The translations under genes were made by a program, and so were the position numbers. A stretch of DNA of 32,000 nucleotides, taken from NCBI RefSeq assembly GCF_008065095.1, contig NZ_CP042911.1, positions 5,130,001 to 5,162,000 of the forward strand, given 5' to 3'. Source of the stretch: Gemmata obscuriglobus (GTDB lineage: Bacteria > Planctomycetota > Planctomycetia > Gemmatales > Gemmataceae). The notes below the pieces were generated by a model, which ran no database searches, was not told the DNA's origin, and saw only the letters and a list, made by a program, of their open reading frames with translations. Shown here piece after piece: positions 1 through 9,176 of the stretch; positions within the stretch are counted from its first letter, which is position 1; each line of letters begins with the position of its first letter.

Positions 1-842
1 CCAATCCTACCCGAGCGACGTGACCGACGAGCAGTGGGGGCTCATCGAGCCACACATCCCCGTGTACCCCGGCGGCCGTCCCCGCACCACCGCCCTGCGG
101 GACGTCACCGACGCGGTCTTCTACGTGCTGCGGACCGGTTGCCAGTGGCGGTACCGGCCCAAGGACTTCCCGCCCAAGTCCACGGTCGGGCGGTACTTCG
201 ACGAGTGGCGACACAACGGCACCCGCGACACGATCCATGACCTTCTCCGCAAAAAGGTCCGCACCGCCGAGAGGCCGTACTCGCCCCGGACGACCGCGAG
301 CGTGGATAGCCAGTCGGTGGACACGACCTCCGGCGGCGAGGAGCGGGGCCGGGACAACGCCAAGAACGTGGACGGGCGGAAGCGGCACATCCTCGTGGAT
401 TCCATGGGGTTGCTGCTGGCCGTGCTGGTGACGGCCGCGAGCGTCGATGATGCCAAGGCGGCGGCCGAACTGTTCGGCCGGCTGGACGAGCAACCGATGG
501 GGAAGGTGCGCCGGGTGTTCGCCGACCGCAAGTACCACAACTACGCCCTGTACGAGTGGGTCGAGACGAACGCCCGGTGGGAGCTGGTCATCGTCCGCCG
601 CCCGGACGGGGCCAAGGGGTGGGTGAAGTTACCGCGGCGGTGGACGGTGGAGCGGACGTTCGCCTGGCTGGGGACGTGCCGGCGGTTGTCCAAGGACCGG
701 GAGAAGACGGTGCGGTCGTCGGAGGCGTTCGTCAAGTTGGCCATGATCCACCTGATGCTCAACCGGCTTGAGCCGAAAGGGGTCGACGCCGAGTTTCAAT
801 ACCACACGGTGGCATAAATCTCACATATGGGACAGTCACTAA
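1..842 (+). mobile_element. IS5-family insertion sequence, copy 1 (5' end runs off the window)
   Basis: The transposase ORF is identical at protein level to the inverted copy at 16703-17527. The terminal sequence TCACATATGGGACAGTCACTAA (821-842) matches the 22-bp terminal IR of copy 2 with one mismatch, at 821. Confidence 0.9.
2..817 (+). CDS. IS5-family DDE transposase (5'-partial; the first 3 codons lie outside the window)
   Basis: ORF track 20-817. The frame is open from nt 2 (QSYPSDVTDEQW...), matching MRTQSYPSDVTDEQW of copy 2. It has an N-terminal HTH-like region (RTGCQWRY) and a DDE-type C-terminal half typical of IS5-family transposases. Confidence 0.9.
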   Translation, partial: QSYPSDVTDEQWGLIEPHIPVYPGGRPRTTALRDVTDAVFYVLRTGCQWRYRPKDFPPKSTVGRYFDEWRHNGTRDTIHDLLRKKVRTAERPYSPRTTASVDSQSVDTTSGGEERGRDNAKNVDGRKRHILVDSMGLLLAVLVTAASVDDAKAAAELFGRLDEQPMGKVRRVFADRKYHNYALYEWVETNARWELVIVRRPDGAKGWVKLPRRWTVERTFAWLGTCRRLSKDREKTVRSSEAFVKLAMIHLMLNRLEPKGVDAEFQYHTVA

Positions 843-1999
843 GTCATCGTCGCGTCCGTGTGGGTTGGGCTGGTTGGTGGTACTTCCACTCCGCCCACCG
901 GACGCGGCGTTGTCAAGCACAATTCCAGCACCACCACGCGACCTCAAACGAACTCCCGCTCGGCAACTACCCGACGGCCAAACGAAAACACTCAAAAGGT
1001 GCGCACCAGCCGGATCACACCCGTTCACCTCGCAGTTCAGAGCGACGGTCAACTCGTGGAAGGCCCCTCGATCTGCCACCTCTTGAGGTAGATCTCCGCC
1101 ACCCGCACCGCGGACACCTTGCCCGGCAGGTCGGTCAGGACCTCCACCTCCGAGTCCCCGTCCTCGGTCGGCTCCTTCAGGCGCACGCGCACCTGCCGCA
1201 TCCGCAGCACCCGGTGCCTGCCCCGACAGACCTTCACCCGCCGATCGCTCACCCCGCCCCGATCCGTCTCGACCTCGCCCCCGTACTCCGTCTCGGGCTC
1301 GACGCTCAGGTTCCCGTGGCGGCGGGTGACGACATGAGCCCGCCGATCGGCCACCCCCCGCAGGAACTCCACCGTGCAGAAGTTGCGGTCCCCGGCCCAG
1401 ACGTCCCGCTCCTCCACCAGAGGCAAGACGTGCTCGATCAACGCCCGCTCCTGGGTGTGGGCGTCCTCGCACGCAACGATGTCGGTGATCAGCATCAGGG
1501 CCGGGCCGAGGACGACCAGACTCTGTCCGGGCAGGGGGCCGGCGGTGTGCCCCCGGGTGACGTCCAGTCGCCTCTGGGTGGCGGCCAGGTGGTTGCCATC
1601 GAGGATCCGCACCCGGTAGCCCGGCAGCAGGCTCTTGCACGCCCCACCCAACTCGGCGATCGGCGCCTGGCACCGGCCCGACACGTGAGTGACCACGGCC
1701 GCCGAAACACCCGTCTCGATGTTGCGGAGCTCGTCGTACACGCTCCTGAGGGTGACGGGAACTCGCTCGCGGAGGTGTGGGTACGCGGCCTGGACGTGGA
1801 GAGCCTTGCCGCCGACGACCAGGCTCATCAGGTCGACGGTGGTGGAGAACAGCAATTCCCGGGTGTAGCCGCGTTCGGCGGTCCGGTCGAACAGGTCATC
1901 GAGGGCCGAGGCCGAGAGTGCATGTTCGATGGTGGCCCGCGCCATCACACTCAACGGACGGGCCTTGAGAAAGCTCTCGAATACCCCACCGAAGAGCAT
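843..1999 (-). pseudogene. IS4-family DDE transposase remnant (frameshifted, 3' end cut by IS5 copy 1)
   Basis: ORF 1049-2191 with a likely start at ATG 1999 (MLFGGVFESF...). Motifs are ILDGNHL, WAGDRNF and YLKRWQIE (the Y-R-E signature of IS4-type enzymes). After RWQIEG the expected continuation (AFHELTVALNCE...) lies in another frame (ORF 759-1673). This implies a 1-nt indel at the C-run 1064-1067, and that frame then runs straight into the IS5 end at 842. Confidence 0.75.
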
Positions 2000-2391
2000 G
2001 GCTGCGCCCTCGCCCAAGCCTTGCCAAGTCCTTACCTGGTGGCACCTTATAGGCAAGCGGCCGCACCGTGAATGGCCTGGTCGGCTATGCCTGAACCGTC
2101 GCATCCCGAATGCGGCTTTCTTGACCAAAAAGATCGACGCTCGGCAAGCAGCACGGAACCGCGACCGAGTGAAGATCAACTTGTGCTTCAAAATCGCTGA
2201 CGCCCGGAAGAAGATGGCGAGAGTTTACCCAAAGCAAACTCCCGCCGCAGACCACTAGGCGACCTTACCGGCGACGATGAAGCTCGAACGCAATTTCAAT
2301 GCGCCCAACCTCGACACAGGTGATCTCGTTTTCGGCCCGCTTGTCAAGCAACTCGAACAACGATACGGTTCACGAAGCATCAGTAACGCCA

Positions 2392-4371
2392 TCACAGCGG
2401 GCGGTTCCCGCCGGGCGACACCCGGGTGCCGATGTCGAGGAACCGGACGATGGCGGTGGGGTCCGCGTTGAGCACCACCCCGCGGGCGCCGGGCTTCACC
2501 GCGTGCCCCTCGTTCCGCGCCGCCGCCCACAACTTCGGCGGCAGCGCGCTCGACATCCGGAACAGCAGTTTCGCCTCCGTCTCGGGGAAGCCCGACTCGT
2601 CGGCCGGGAAGTACGCGGGGGTGACCGGCACCTTCGAGATCAACAGGTTGAACAGCAGCACGTTACCGTCGGCGGTGGAAATGTTGCGGATGGCGCGGGC
2701 CGCCTCCTGCGGGTTGCCGTCGGAAGGCAGCCCGTCGGTTAGGTTCAGCACGATCGGCGGGTACGAGTTCGGGAACTCGTACACGAACTCCTTCACCGCC
2801 TGCCCCGCGACGCCGAGCGCCTCGCACATCGCCGTTTGGCCCCCCGAGATGGGGTCGTACCAAACCGGGAACTTCACCTTTTGCTCCGTCACCCGGCCCT
2901 GCGCGTCGAGCACCTTTTTCACCCGCGTGTCGACGCGGAGCGGGTGCTCCCCCAGCCGGCTCACCGGGATGAGCACGTTGGAAGGTGTGGCGCCGCCGAG
3001 CCCGGCCTTGACGGTGGTGCCGTACCCGATGACGCCGACCCGGAAGTAGTCGCGGACCCCGTCCGCCTTGGCCGAGCGGAGCACCACGTTCTGGAGCAGT
3101 CGGTTGACGGCGTCCGCAACGGTCGACGCTTTAGATGTCCCGCCGGCCCCAATAAACGGGTCGCCCATCGAACCGGACTGGTCGATCAGGAACAGCAGGC
3201 ACGCCGGGTTCGCCCGGCTGATCTGGGCGTCGTAGGAGCCGACCGCGCGGCGGATCGCCGGGGCCGGGCCGCCGGCCGACTTCGGCAGCAGCGGGTCCGA
3301 ATCGGGCGCGTCCGCGAGAGCCGGGTTCGCTTGCAACTCGGCCCGCGCCCGGGCCACCTCTTGCTGAATCCAGTCGTCGCCTTCGTCCCGGGCCTCGGCG
3401 AGCGCTTTGCGAGCCTCCGCGAGTCCCTCCCAGTGCCCGTTAACGGCCACGTCTACCAGCCCGGACAGCCCGGCGGGCATGATCCAGCTTAACTCCGTCG
3501 ACGACCGCCCCCGTGTGAAGGTGTCCAGCGTAATGCCTTGTTTCGCGCCGAGTTCCAGCTCGAGCGACCCGCCGTTCGGTCCCAGGTACGTGCCGACCAC
3601 GCGCGCCAGCCGGTAGTTCCGGATGTCCCGGTGGTACGGCTCGAACGTCGAGAACGTGAGGTCTTCGGTCATTTCGGGCGGGAGGAGCCGGACGCAGCCG
3701 TACAGGAGCAGCGCCACGACCCCGGGCTCGGCGTGGATGAACAGCCGCTTGCGGCTCCCGGGCTTCTCCGCGGCGAGCAGTTGCACCGCGTGCAGCGCGC
3801 GGGCCAGCAGGTCGCGTCGCGACGACGCCGGGAGCACGCGCAACCGCAGCGGGCACACGTCCACGGACGGCGAAGTGGGCCACGGCGGCCGGTCGCCGAG
3901 GAACGCGGTCAGTGAGGCGTCGCAGACCAAATCGTCGTCCGGCAGCTCGGGAGCCGGCAACGTCTTCGGTTCCCCTGACGAATACCTTACAGTCCACTCG
4001 GGCGCCCCCCACGACCGCAGCACGGTCGCCGGGCTCACCACCGGGAGCAAAATGAGATGTGAGAAGTAAGAGCGGTCGCGCCCGACGGAATCCTTCGCCA
4101 GGTACGCCGAGTGCGCCACCCACACCCCGCCGCGTTCGCCGACCGTCCGGGCCAGCCGGCGCGGCGCGGCCCCGGGTTCGGGCAGGTCGCGCCACATGTC
4201 GAACGGCAGTTCGTAGGGCGGATAGTGGGACGCCTCGTCGAGCAGCCCGGACGCGGTCGTCGATGCGGCCCGCACGGAGTAGCCCGACTCACGGCGCACA
4301 CTGTCGGCACGCACGCAGTGAGTAACGTAAAACTGGTGCCCCGCGCCGACCGACCTACCCGAGCCTGACAT
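2392..4371 (-). CDS. von Willebrand factor A (vWA) domain protein with a large unassigned N-terminal domain
   Basis: ORF 2392-4446; the preferred start is ATG 4371 (MSGSGRSVGAGHQFYVTHC...). The C-terminal ~240 aa form a vWA fold with a MIDAS motif (LFLIDQSGSMGDPF) and a downstream LNLTDGLPSD. The N-terminal ~400 aa carry no motif I can name with certainty. Confidence 0.8.
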   Translation of the reverse strand: MSGSGRSVGAGHQFYVTHCVRADSVRRESGYSVRAASTTASGLLDEASHYPPYELPFDMWRDLPEPGAAPRRLARTVGERGGVWVAHSAYLAKDSVGRDRSYFSHLILLPVVSPATVLRSWGAPEWTVRYSSGEPKTLPAPELPDDDLVCDASLTAFLGDRPPWPTSPSVDVCPLRLRVLPASSRRDLLARALHAVQLLAAEKPGSRKRLFIHAEPGVVALLLYGCVRLLPPEMTEDLTFSTFEPYHRDIRNYRLARVVGTYLGPNGGSLELELGAKQGITLDTFTRGRSSTELSWIMPAGLSGLVDVAVNGHWEGLAEARKALAEARDEGDDWIQQEVARARAELQANPALADAPDSDPLLPKSAGGPAPAIRRAVGSYDAQISRANPACLLFLIDQSGSMGDPFIGAGGTSKASTVADAVNRLLQNVVLRSAKADGVRDYFRVGVIGYGTTVKAGLGGATPSNVLIPVSRLGEHPLRVDTRVKKVLDAQGRVTEQKVKFPVWYDPISGGQTAMCEALGVAGQAVKEFVYEFPNSYPPIVLNLTDGLPSDGNPQEAARAIRNISTADGNVLLFNLLISKVPVTPAYFPADESGFPETEAKLLFRMSSALPPKLWAAARNEGHAVKPGARGVVLNADPTAIVRFLDIGTRVSPGGNRPL

Positions 4372-4491
4372 CTCTGGCCTCGCACACCCACCGCACCACA
4401 CCCGCGGCCGACACAGAATCGTACTCGCCGGGAGCGGTCGCCGCAACGCTGGCCGGCTGCCAGATGCGCATCATTCACGGCCCCGCTGGTG

Positions 4492-4554
4492 TTGTCTGTT
4501 TATTGTGGTACAGACATTCTTGTCTGCGCCACGAAGACAAAAACCAAAACAGAC
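4492..4554. promoter_or_regulatory. Cluster of TGTCT/AGACA half-sites upstream of the vWA gene (candidate operator)
   Basis: TGTCTGT 4493-4499 and ACAGACA 4510-4516 form an inverted pair with a 10-nt spacer. TTGTCT 4520-4525 and AGACAA 4535-4540 form a second pair, and ACAGAC occurs at 4549-4554. All lie in a locally AT-richer stretch 50-180 nt upstream of the possible starts of the vWA gene. Confidence 0.3.
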
Positions 4555-4665
4555 GCCACCAGCCGGATCGTGAATCAGGTGGCCGTTATAAACAGTTGCG
4601 GAGCAGACGCCGGTGGCGGCTTCGTTCCGGCCCACGCGGACCTGATGTTTGCGACAACCGATTTT

Positions 4666-4726
4666 GACGGGAGCGACAGGATTTAACTCGATCGGTCTTC
4701 ATCCGGTGAATCCTGTCGCTCCCGTC
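4666..4726. repeat. Perfect 18-bp inverted repeat (hairpin) in an intergenic region
   Basis: GACGGGAGCGACAGGATT (4666-4683) and AATCCTGTCGCTCCCGTC (4709-4726) are exact reverse complements separated by a 25-nt loop. The palindrome also shows up as the same peptide (FDGSDRI) in ORFs on both strands. Confidence 0.8.
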
Positions 4727-4935
4727 GAATCTTCTTGGATTAGTCATCGAGCGATTGTGCTTCTTCGGCCTCACTACAGTCTCTATCGGGGGGCGGGAGC
4801 GTGCGGCGTCACGGGTACGATCGGCAACACCGGTGCCGGTGGTCGTCAGGTTCACACCCGCACTGAAGTTGCGTAAACGACTCGCCGACCACACGGCTTT
4901 CTCACCGACTGCGAACCAGCTACGGGTTCCAACGC

Positions 4936-4976
4936 GGCCTCTGTCGCACGGGACAAAACGCTGTGTCACAGAGGCC
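4936..4976 (-). terminator. Candidate stem-loop terminator downstream of the DUF1501 gene
   Basis: GGCCTCTGT (4936-4944) pairs with ACAGAGGCC (4968-4976), 47-87 nt past the stop at 5023. There is no U-tract, so the call is weak. Confidence 0.3.
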
Positions 4977-5022
4977 CAGGAAATTGAAGTATCAGGAGTA
5001 AAAGATTGCTGCGAGCCCGCCG

Positions 5023-6369
5023 TCAAATCAGTTCCTTGATCGGCGCGCCGCTGTCTTCGACGAGATACTGCGGTCGCCCGGTGAAGTCCGGGAGCGTGAC
5101 CTTGTCGGCGTCGATTCCGAGGTTGTGGTACAGCGTCGCGAACAGCTCACCGAACGTCACCGGGCGGGACACGGCCTCTCCTGCGATCCGGTCCGTACTG
5201 CCGATCACCTGCCCCAGTTTCATGCCGCCCCCGGCGAGCAGCGCGCAATTCACGTTCGGCCAGTGGTCGCGCCCGAGCGCCGCGCTGATCTTCGGGGTCC
5301 GCCCGAACTCGCCCATGATGACGACGGTGCAGTCCTTGTCCAACCCGCGGTCGTGCAGGTCCTCGACCAGCGCGCTGACGCACTTGTCGAACACGGGGAA
5401 GTCCTCTTCCTCGCGCAGGAAGATGGAGTTGTTCTTGCGGCCCTCGGCGTTCATCCCGCCGTGCCAGTCCCACTTGCTGTAGTTCAGCGTCACGACCCGC
5501 GCGCCCGCCTCGACCAGCCGGCGGGCCATGAGCAGGCTCTGCGGCACCCGCGGGGCGCCGTTGCTGTCCATGAACACCTTCGGGTCGCCGGTGCCGTACC
5601 GGTCGATCACTTTGACCGGCTCGCGCGAAATGTCGAGCGCTTCGGCCATCTTCGAGGAGGTGAGCAGCCCGAACGCCTGTTCGGTGAAGGCGTCCATCGC
5701 CTTGACCGAGCCGGACGTGTCGGCGTCGCGGCGCATGTCGTCGAACTGCTTGAGGAGCGTCTTGCGGTCGGCGAGTTGGCTCACGTCGACGCCGCGCAGC
5801 GTCATGTCCTCGCGGGTGCGGCCCATCGCGCGGAACGGGGCGAGCGACTGGCCCAGGAACCCGGGGCCGGGCTCGTTGTAGGGGCCGTGGGTGCAGGTGT
5901 AACAGAGGCTCACGTACGACGGCACGGACGGGTGGACCGGCCCCTGCAGCTTCGCCACCGTGGAGCCGAACTGCGGCCACCCGCCGGGCGGGGTCGGTTT
6001 CTTCGGGTTGTGCCCGTTGTACACCTGGATCGCGTCGTGGTCGGCTTGGTTACCCACCAGCGAGCGGACGATCGCGAGCTTGTCCATGTTTCGGGCGAGC
6101 AGCGGAAACGCCTCGCAGATCTGGACGCCGGTGACGTTCGTCGGGATCGGCTTCCACGGCCCGGCGATCTCCTTCGGCGCGTCGGGCTTCAGGTCGAACA
6201 TGTCCTGGTGCGGCGGCCCGCCGACCAAGTAAATGAGGATGACCGACTTGTGCGGCGTGCGGGTACCCGCGTTGGCTTCGGCGCGGAGCAGGTTCGGCAG
6301 GGTTAGGCCCCCGAGGCCGAGGGCGCCGATCTTGAGGAACCCGCGGCGCGGGAGCGTGTGGGGCGGCAT
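5023..6369 (-). CDS. DUF1501 domain protein (sulfatase/alkaline-phosphatase-like fold, Tat signal)
   Basis: The N-terminus is MPPHTLPRRGFLKIGALGLGGLTLP (a twin-arginine signal), and the body matches the DUF1501 family that is abundant in Planctomycetota. Coding-type GC3 runs along the full 448-aa ORF. Confidence 0.9.
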   Translation of the reverse strand: MPPHTLPRRGFLKIGALGLGGLTLPNLLRAEANAGTRTPHKSVILIYLVGGPPHQDMFDLKPDAPKEIAGPWKPIPTNVTGVQICEAFPLLARNMDKLAIVRSLVGNQADHDAIQVYNGHNPKKPTPPGGWPQFGSTVAKLQGPVHPSVPSYVSLCYTCTHGPYNEPGPGFLGQSLAPFRAMGRTREDMTLRGVDVSQLADRKTLLKQFDDMRRDADTSGSVKAMDAFTEQAFGLLTSSKMAEALDISREPVKVIDRYGTGDPKVFMDSNGAPRVPQSLLMARRLVEAGARVVTLNYSKWDWHGGMNAEGRKNNSIFLREEEDFPVFDKCVSALVEDLHDRGLDKDCTVVIMGEFGRTPKISAALGRDHWPNVNCALLAGGGMKLGQVIGSTDRIAGEAVSRPVTFGELFATLYHNLGIDADKVTLPDFTGRPQYLVEDSGAPIKELI

Positions 6370-6554
6370 GACTTGAGCCCGTGTGGTGGGATGATGGGAG
6401 GGATTTCAAGTGTGGCCCGGCACAGCCGCCGCGTCAACCGGATTCTGCTGGAGGTTAACCGCTCACACCTTGGAATACGCCTTCGAGCGGTCGCACGTCT
6501 CCCGATCGGCCACATTCGCCACGGCGCCGCCTCCCAGGTCGTACAACGGACCTC

Positions 6555-7220
6555 ATGACGATACCTGCGATCATTTGGGATGTCGACGGAACCCTCGTGG
6601 ACACCGCGGAGCACCACTTCCAGGCGTGGGCGCGGTTCGCGGCGGAGATCGGCCGGCCATTCACCCGGGCCGACTTCGCCGCCACGTTCGGCATGCGCAA
6701 CCTGGAAATCCTGCGCAAGCTGTTCGAGCCGGACGCCGACGACGCGCTCTGCGCGAAGTGGGGCGAGCAGAAGGAAAACCACTACCGCGCATCCGTGCGT
6801 AAAGAGGGCACACAACTCCTGCCCGGCGTCGCCCGGCTCCTCAAGGAGTTCGCTGATCGCGGGTGGCCTCAAGCGGTCGGCTCATCGGCCCCGCAGGGGA
6901 ACATCGACCTGCTGCTGAGCGTCACGAACACGCGCGGCTACTTCGGCGCGGTCGTCACCGGCGACGACGTGAAGCGCGGCAAGCCGGACCCCGAGGTGTT
7001 CCTCACCGCCGCGGCACAACTGGGAGCCGACCCGCGGCGGTGCGTGGTGTTCGAGGACGCCGCGGCCGGCGTGGAAGCGGCGCAGGCCGGCGGAATGAAG
7101 TGCGTGGCGGTGACGTTCGTCGGGCACCACCCGGCAGATAAGCTCCGGGCCGCCGGGGCCGACATCGTCGTCGGCTCGCTCGACGAAATCACCGCCGAGC
7201 AGGTCGCGGCACTGGTGTGA
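6555..7220 (+). CDS. HAD-superfamily hydrolase, beta-phosphoglucomutase-like phosphatase (subfamily IA)
   Basis: HAD motif I is IIWDVDGTLVDT. Motif II is VGSSAP, motif III is KRGKPDPEVF and motif IV is FEDAAAGVEAA. Confidence 0.9.
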   Translation: MTIPAIIWDVDGTLVDTAEHHFQAWARFAAEIGRPFTRADFAATFGMRNLEILRKLFEPDADDALCAKWGEQKENHYRASVRKEGTQLLPGVARLLKEFADRGWPQAVGSSAPQGNIDLLLSVTNTRGYFGAVVTGDDVKRGKPDPEVFLTAAAQLGADPRRCVVFEDAAAGVEAAQAGGMKCVAVTFVGHHPADKLRAAGADIVVGSLDEITAEQVAALV

Positions 7221-7252
7221 GTTCGGGACGCGCAGCGCCTCCCGCGGCCGCC

Positions 7253-9058
7253 TCAGTTCTTGCGGGGCGCGTCGGGCAGTAAAAGATCGGGCGACGTGTC
7301 GGCGTTCCGCGAGTACACTTCCGCGCCGCCCGCCGACAGTTCCAACCGCACCCGCTCGCGCTCGCGGTCGATCTGGTCCGGTGTCGCCCCGAGCCGCCGC
7401 AGGATCGCCTCCGTCAGCGCCAGCGCCACCTCACCCTCGCCCGAAACTACTACCTCCGAACCGGCCCGCTGAAGCGCTGCCAGTTCGCGCACGTAAGCCG
7501 ACCGCGCCAGCACCCGGATGCCCGGGTTCAGCTCTTTGGCCGCCCGGATCACCTCGCTGCCGCCGCTCACCTGCGACGAACTCAGAATCAGGCTCGCCGC
7601 CCGGTCCGCCCCGGCCTCCTTCAGCGTGTTCGGGTGCGTTGCGTCGCCGTACACGGCCCGGACGCCCTCGGCCCGGAGTTGCTTCACGGTGTCGACGTTC
7701 AGCTCGACCACGGTCGGCTCAATGCCGTTCTCGCGCAGCAGCCGGCACACGGTGCGGCCGACCGGGCCGTACCCCACGACCACCGCGCGGTACGCCGGCT
7801 CCGCGTTCGCGGGCACCGGCTCCGGGCCGCTCCCGAGCCGCTCCCGGGTTCGCGCCGTGAGCAGCGCCCAGAGCCGCGGCCGGCCCGCAGCCCACCTTTC
7901 GAGCAGCCCCGCGAGCCGGTACACCAGCGGGCTCACCGAGATGGTCCCGATCGCGACCACAACCAGCACCTGGGTGGCGGCCTCCGGCAGCACGTTCAGC
8001 GACTTCCCGGCGGCGGCCACGATGAACGAGAACTCGCCGATCTGCGCCAGCGCAAGCCCCACCCCCAGTGCGACCCGCACCGGGTACCCGCGCGCCAGTA
8101 CCAGCGCAAACGTGGTCACGGGCGTGGCGATCATCACGATGGCGGCTGTCGCCGCCACGAGCCCCGGCGCTTTCAGGAGGAACGCCGGCTCGAAGAGCAT
8201 CCCGACGGAGATGAAGAACAACACCGCGAACGCGTCCCGCATCGGGAGCGCCTCGGTGGCCGCCCGGACGCTGAACTCCGACCGCCCGACCACCATGCCC
8301 GCCAGGAACGCCCCGAGCGCCATCGACGCCCCGAACAGCACCGCCGACCCGACCGCGATCCCGAGCGCGACCACCAGAACGGTGAGCGTGAACAGCTCGC
8401 GCGACCGCGTCTCGGCGACGTGCTTCAGCAGCCGCGGCACGAAATACCCGCCGGCCAACAGCACCGCCGCGATCAGCACACCCACTTTCAGCGCGGCCAG
8501 CCCGAGCGCCAGCGGCAGTTCGACCGCGTCGACCGGCCCGTCCTTGAGTACCGCCGGCAGCACCACCAGCACCAGCACCGCGAACACGTCCTGGAGGATC
8601 AGCCACCCGACCGCGACGTGGCCGGTCGGCGTGTGCAACTGGTTCTGGTCCGACAGCACGCGGGTCAGTACGACGGTGCTCGCGAACGACACCGAGATCC
8701 CGAACACGACCGCCGCGGGCGGGGACCAGCCGAACGCGAGGGCGACCGCGGTGCCGAACGCCGTCGCGGCCCCGCACTGGGCGAGGGCGCCGGGCAACGC
8801 GACCCGGCGCACCGCGAGCAGTTCGTCCAGCCGGAAGTGTAGCCCCACCCCGAACATGAGTAGGACCACGCCGACCTCGGCGAGCTGGTCCGCGAGGCCC
8901 TGGTCCACAACGAACCCGGGCGTGTGCGGCCCGACGACAGCCCCGGCGAGCAGGTAACCGACAATCGGTGACAGCCCGAGCCGGTTCGTGGCGTACCCGA
9001 ACGCGAGCGCCACTGCGAGCCCGCCGGCGAGCATAAACACGACGTCTTGGTTGTGCAT
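7253..9058 (-). CDS. Monovalent cation:proton antiporter-2 (CPA2, Kef/YbaL-type) with a C-terminal RCK/TrkA-N domain
   Basis: A ~400-aa polytopic hydrophobic N-terminal domain is followed by a Rossmann GxGxxG (VVVGYGPVGRTVCRLL). This is the typical architecture of Kef-type K+/H+ antiporters. Confidence 0.9.
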   Translation of the reverse strand: MHNQDVVFMLAGGLAVALAFGYATNRLGLSPIVGYLLAGAVVGPHTPGFVVDQGLADQLAEVGVVLLMFGVGLHFRLDELLAVRRVALPGALAQCGAATAFGTAVALAFGWSPPAAVVFGISVSFASTVVLTRVLSDQNQLHTPTGHVAVGWLILQDVFAVLVLVVLPAVLKDGPVDAVELPLALGLAALKVGVLIAAVLLAGGYFVPRLLKHVAETRSRELFTLTVLVVALGIAVGSAVLFGASMALGAFLAGMVVGRSEFSVRAATEALPMRDAFAVLFFISVGMLFEPAFLLKAPGLVAATAAIVMIATPVTTFALVLARGYPVRVALGVGLALAQIGEFSFIVAAAGKSLNVLPEAATQVLVVVAIGTISVSPLVYRLAGLLERWAAGRPRLWALLTARTRERLGSGPEPVPANAEPAYRAVVVGYGPVGRTVCRLLRENGIEPTVVELNVDTVKQLRAEGVRAVYGDATHPNTLKEAGADRAASLILSSSQVSGGSEVIRAAKELNPGIRVLARSAYVRELAALQRAGSEVVVSGEGEVALALTEAILRRLGATPDQIDRERERVRLELSAGGAEVYSRNADTSPDLLLPDAPRKN

Positions 9059-9176
9059 TCCGCGGTCCCGCTCCCGAGCCGGTCACTATTCACGCCCCGA
9101 TAGGGAGGTTAGCGGCACGTCGGGATTTGCGGAAGCCCGGTCACGCGGCGGCTCAGCGCCAAGCCCTTTCAACCGT

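Noticed and set aside
4447-5022. tRNA, small RNA gene or short ORFs (4464-4667, 4489-4686, 4649-4876, 4755-5039, 4586-5026) in the 575-bp spacer.
   Set aside because: No cloverleaf-compatible sequence with a conserved T-loop or D-loop was recognised. The ORFs lack RBS, motifs and coding-type GC3. Only the structural elements are retained (hairpins, and the half-site cluster that continues into 4492-4554).
5125-6306. Long plus-strand ORF (393 aa) overlapping the DUF1501 gene. Similar antisense or overlapping ORFs occur at 759-1673, 827-2071, 7518-8957, 7634-8842, 7719-9086, 14510-16693, 21470-22465, 22484-24667, 18771-19913 and 25102-26535.
   Set aside because: These are shadow ORFs typical of high-GC DNA. 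Their products are Arg/Pro/Gly/Ala-rich with no motifs, and in each case the other strand or frame encodes a protein with clear family signatures.
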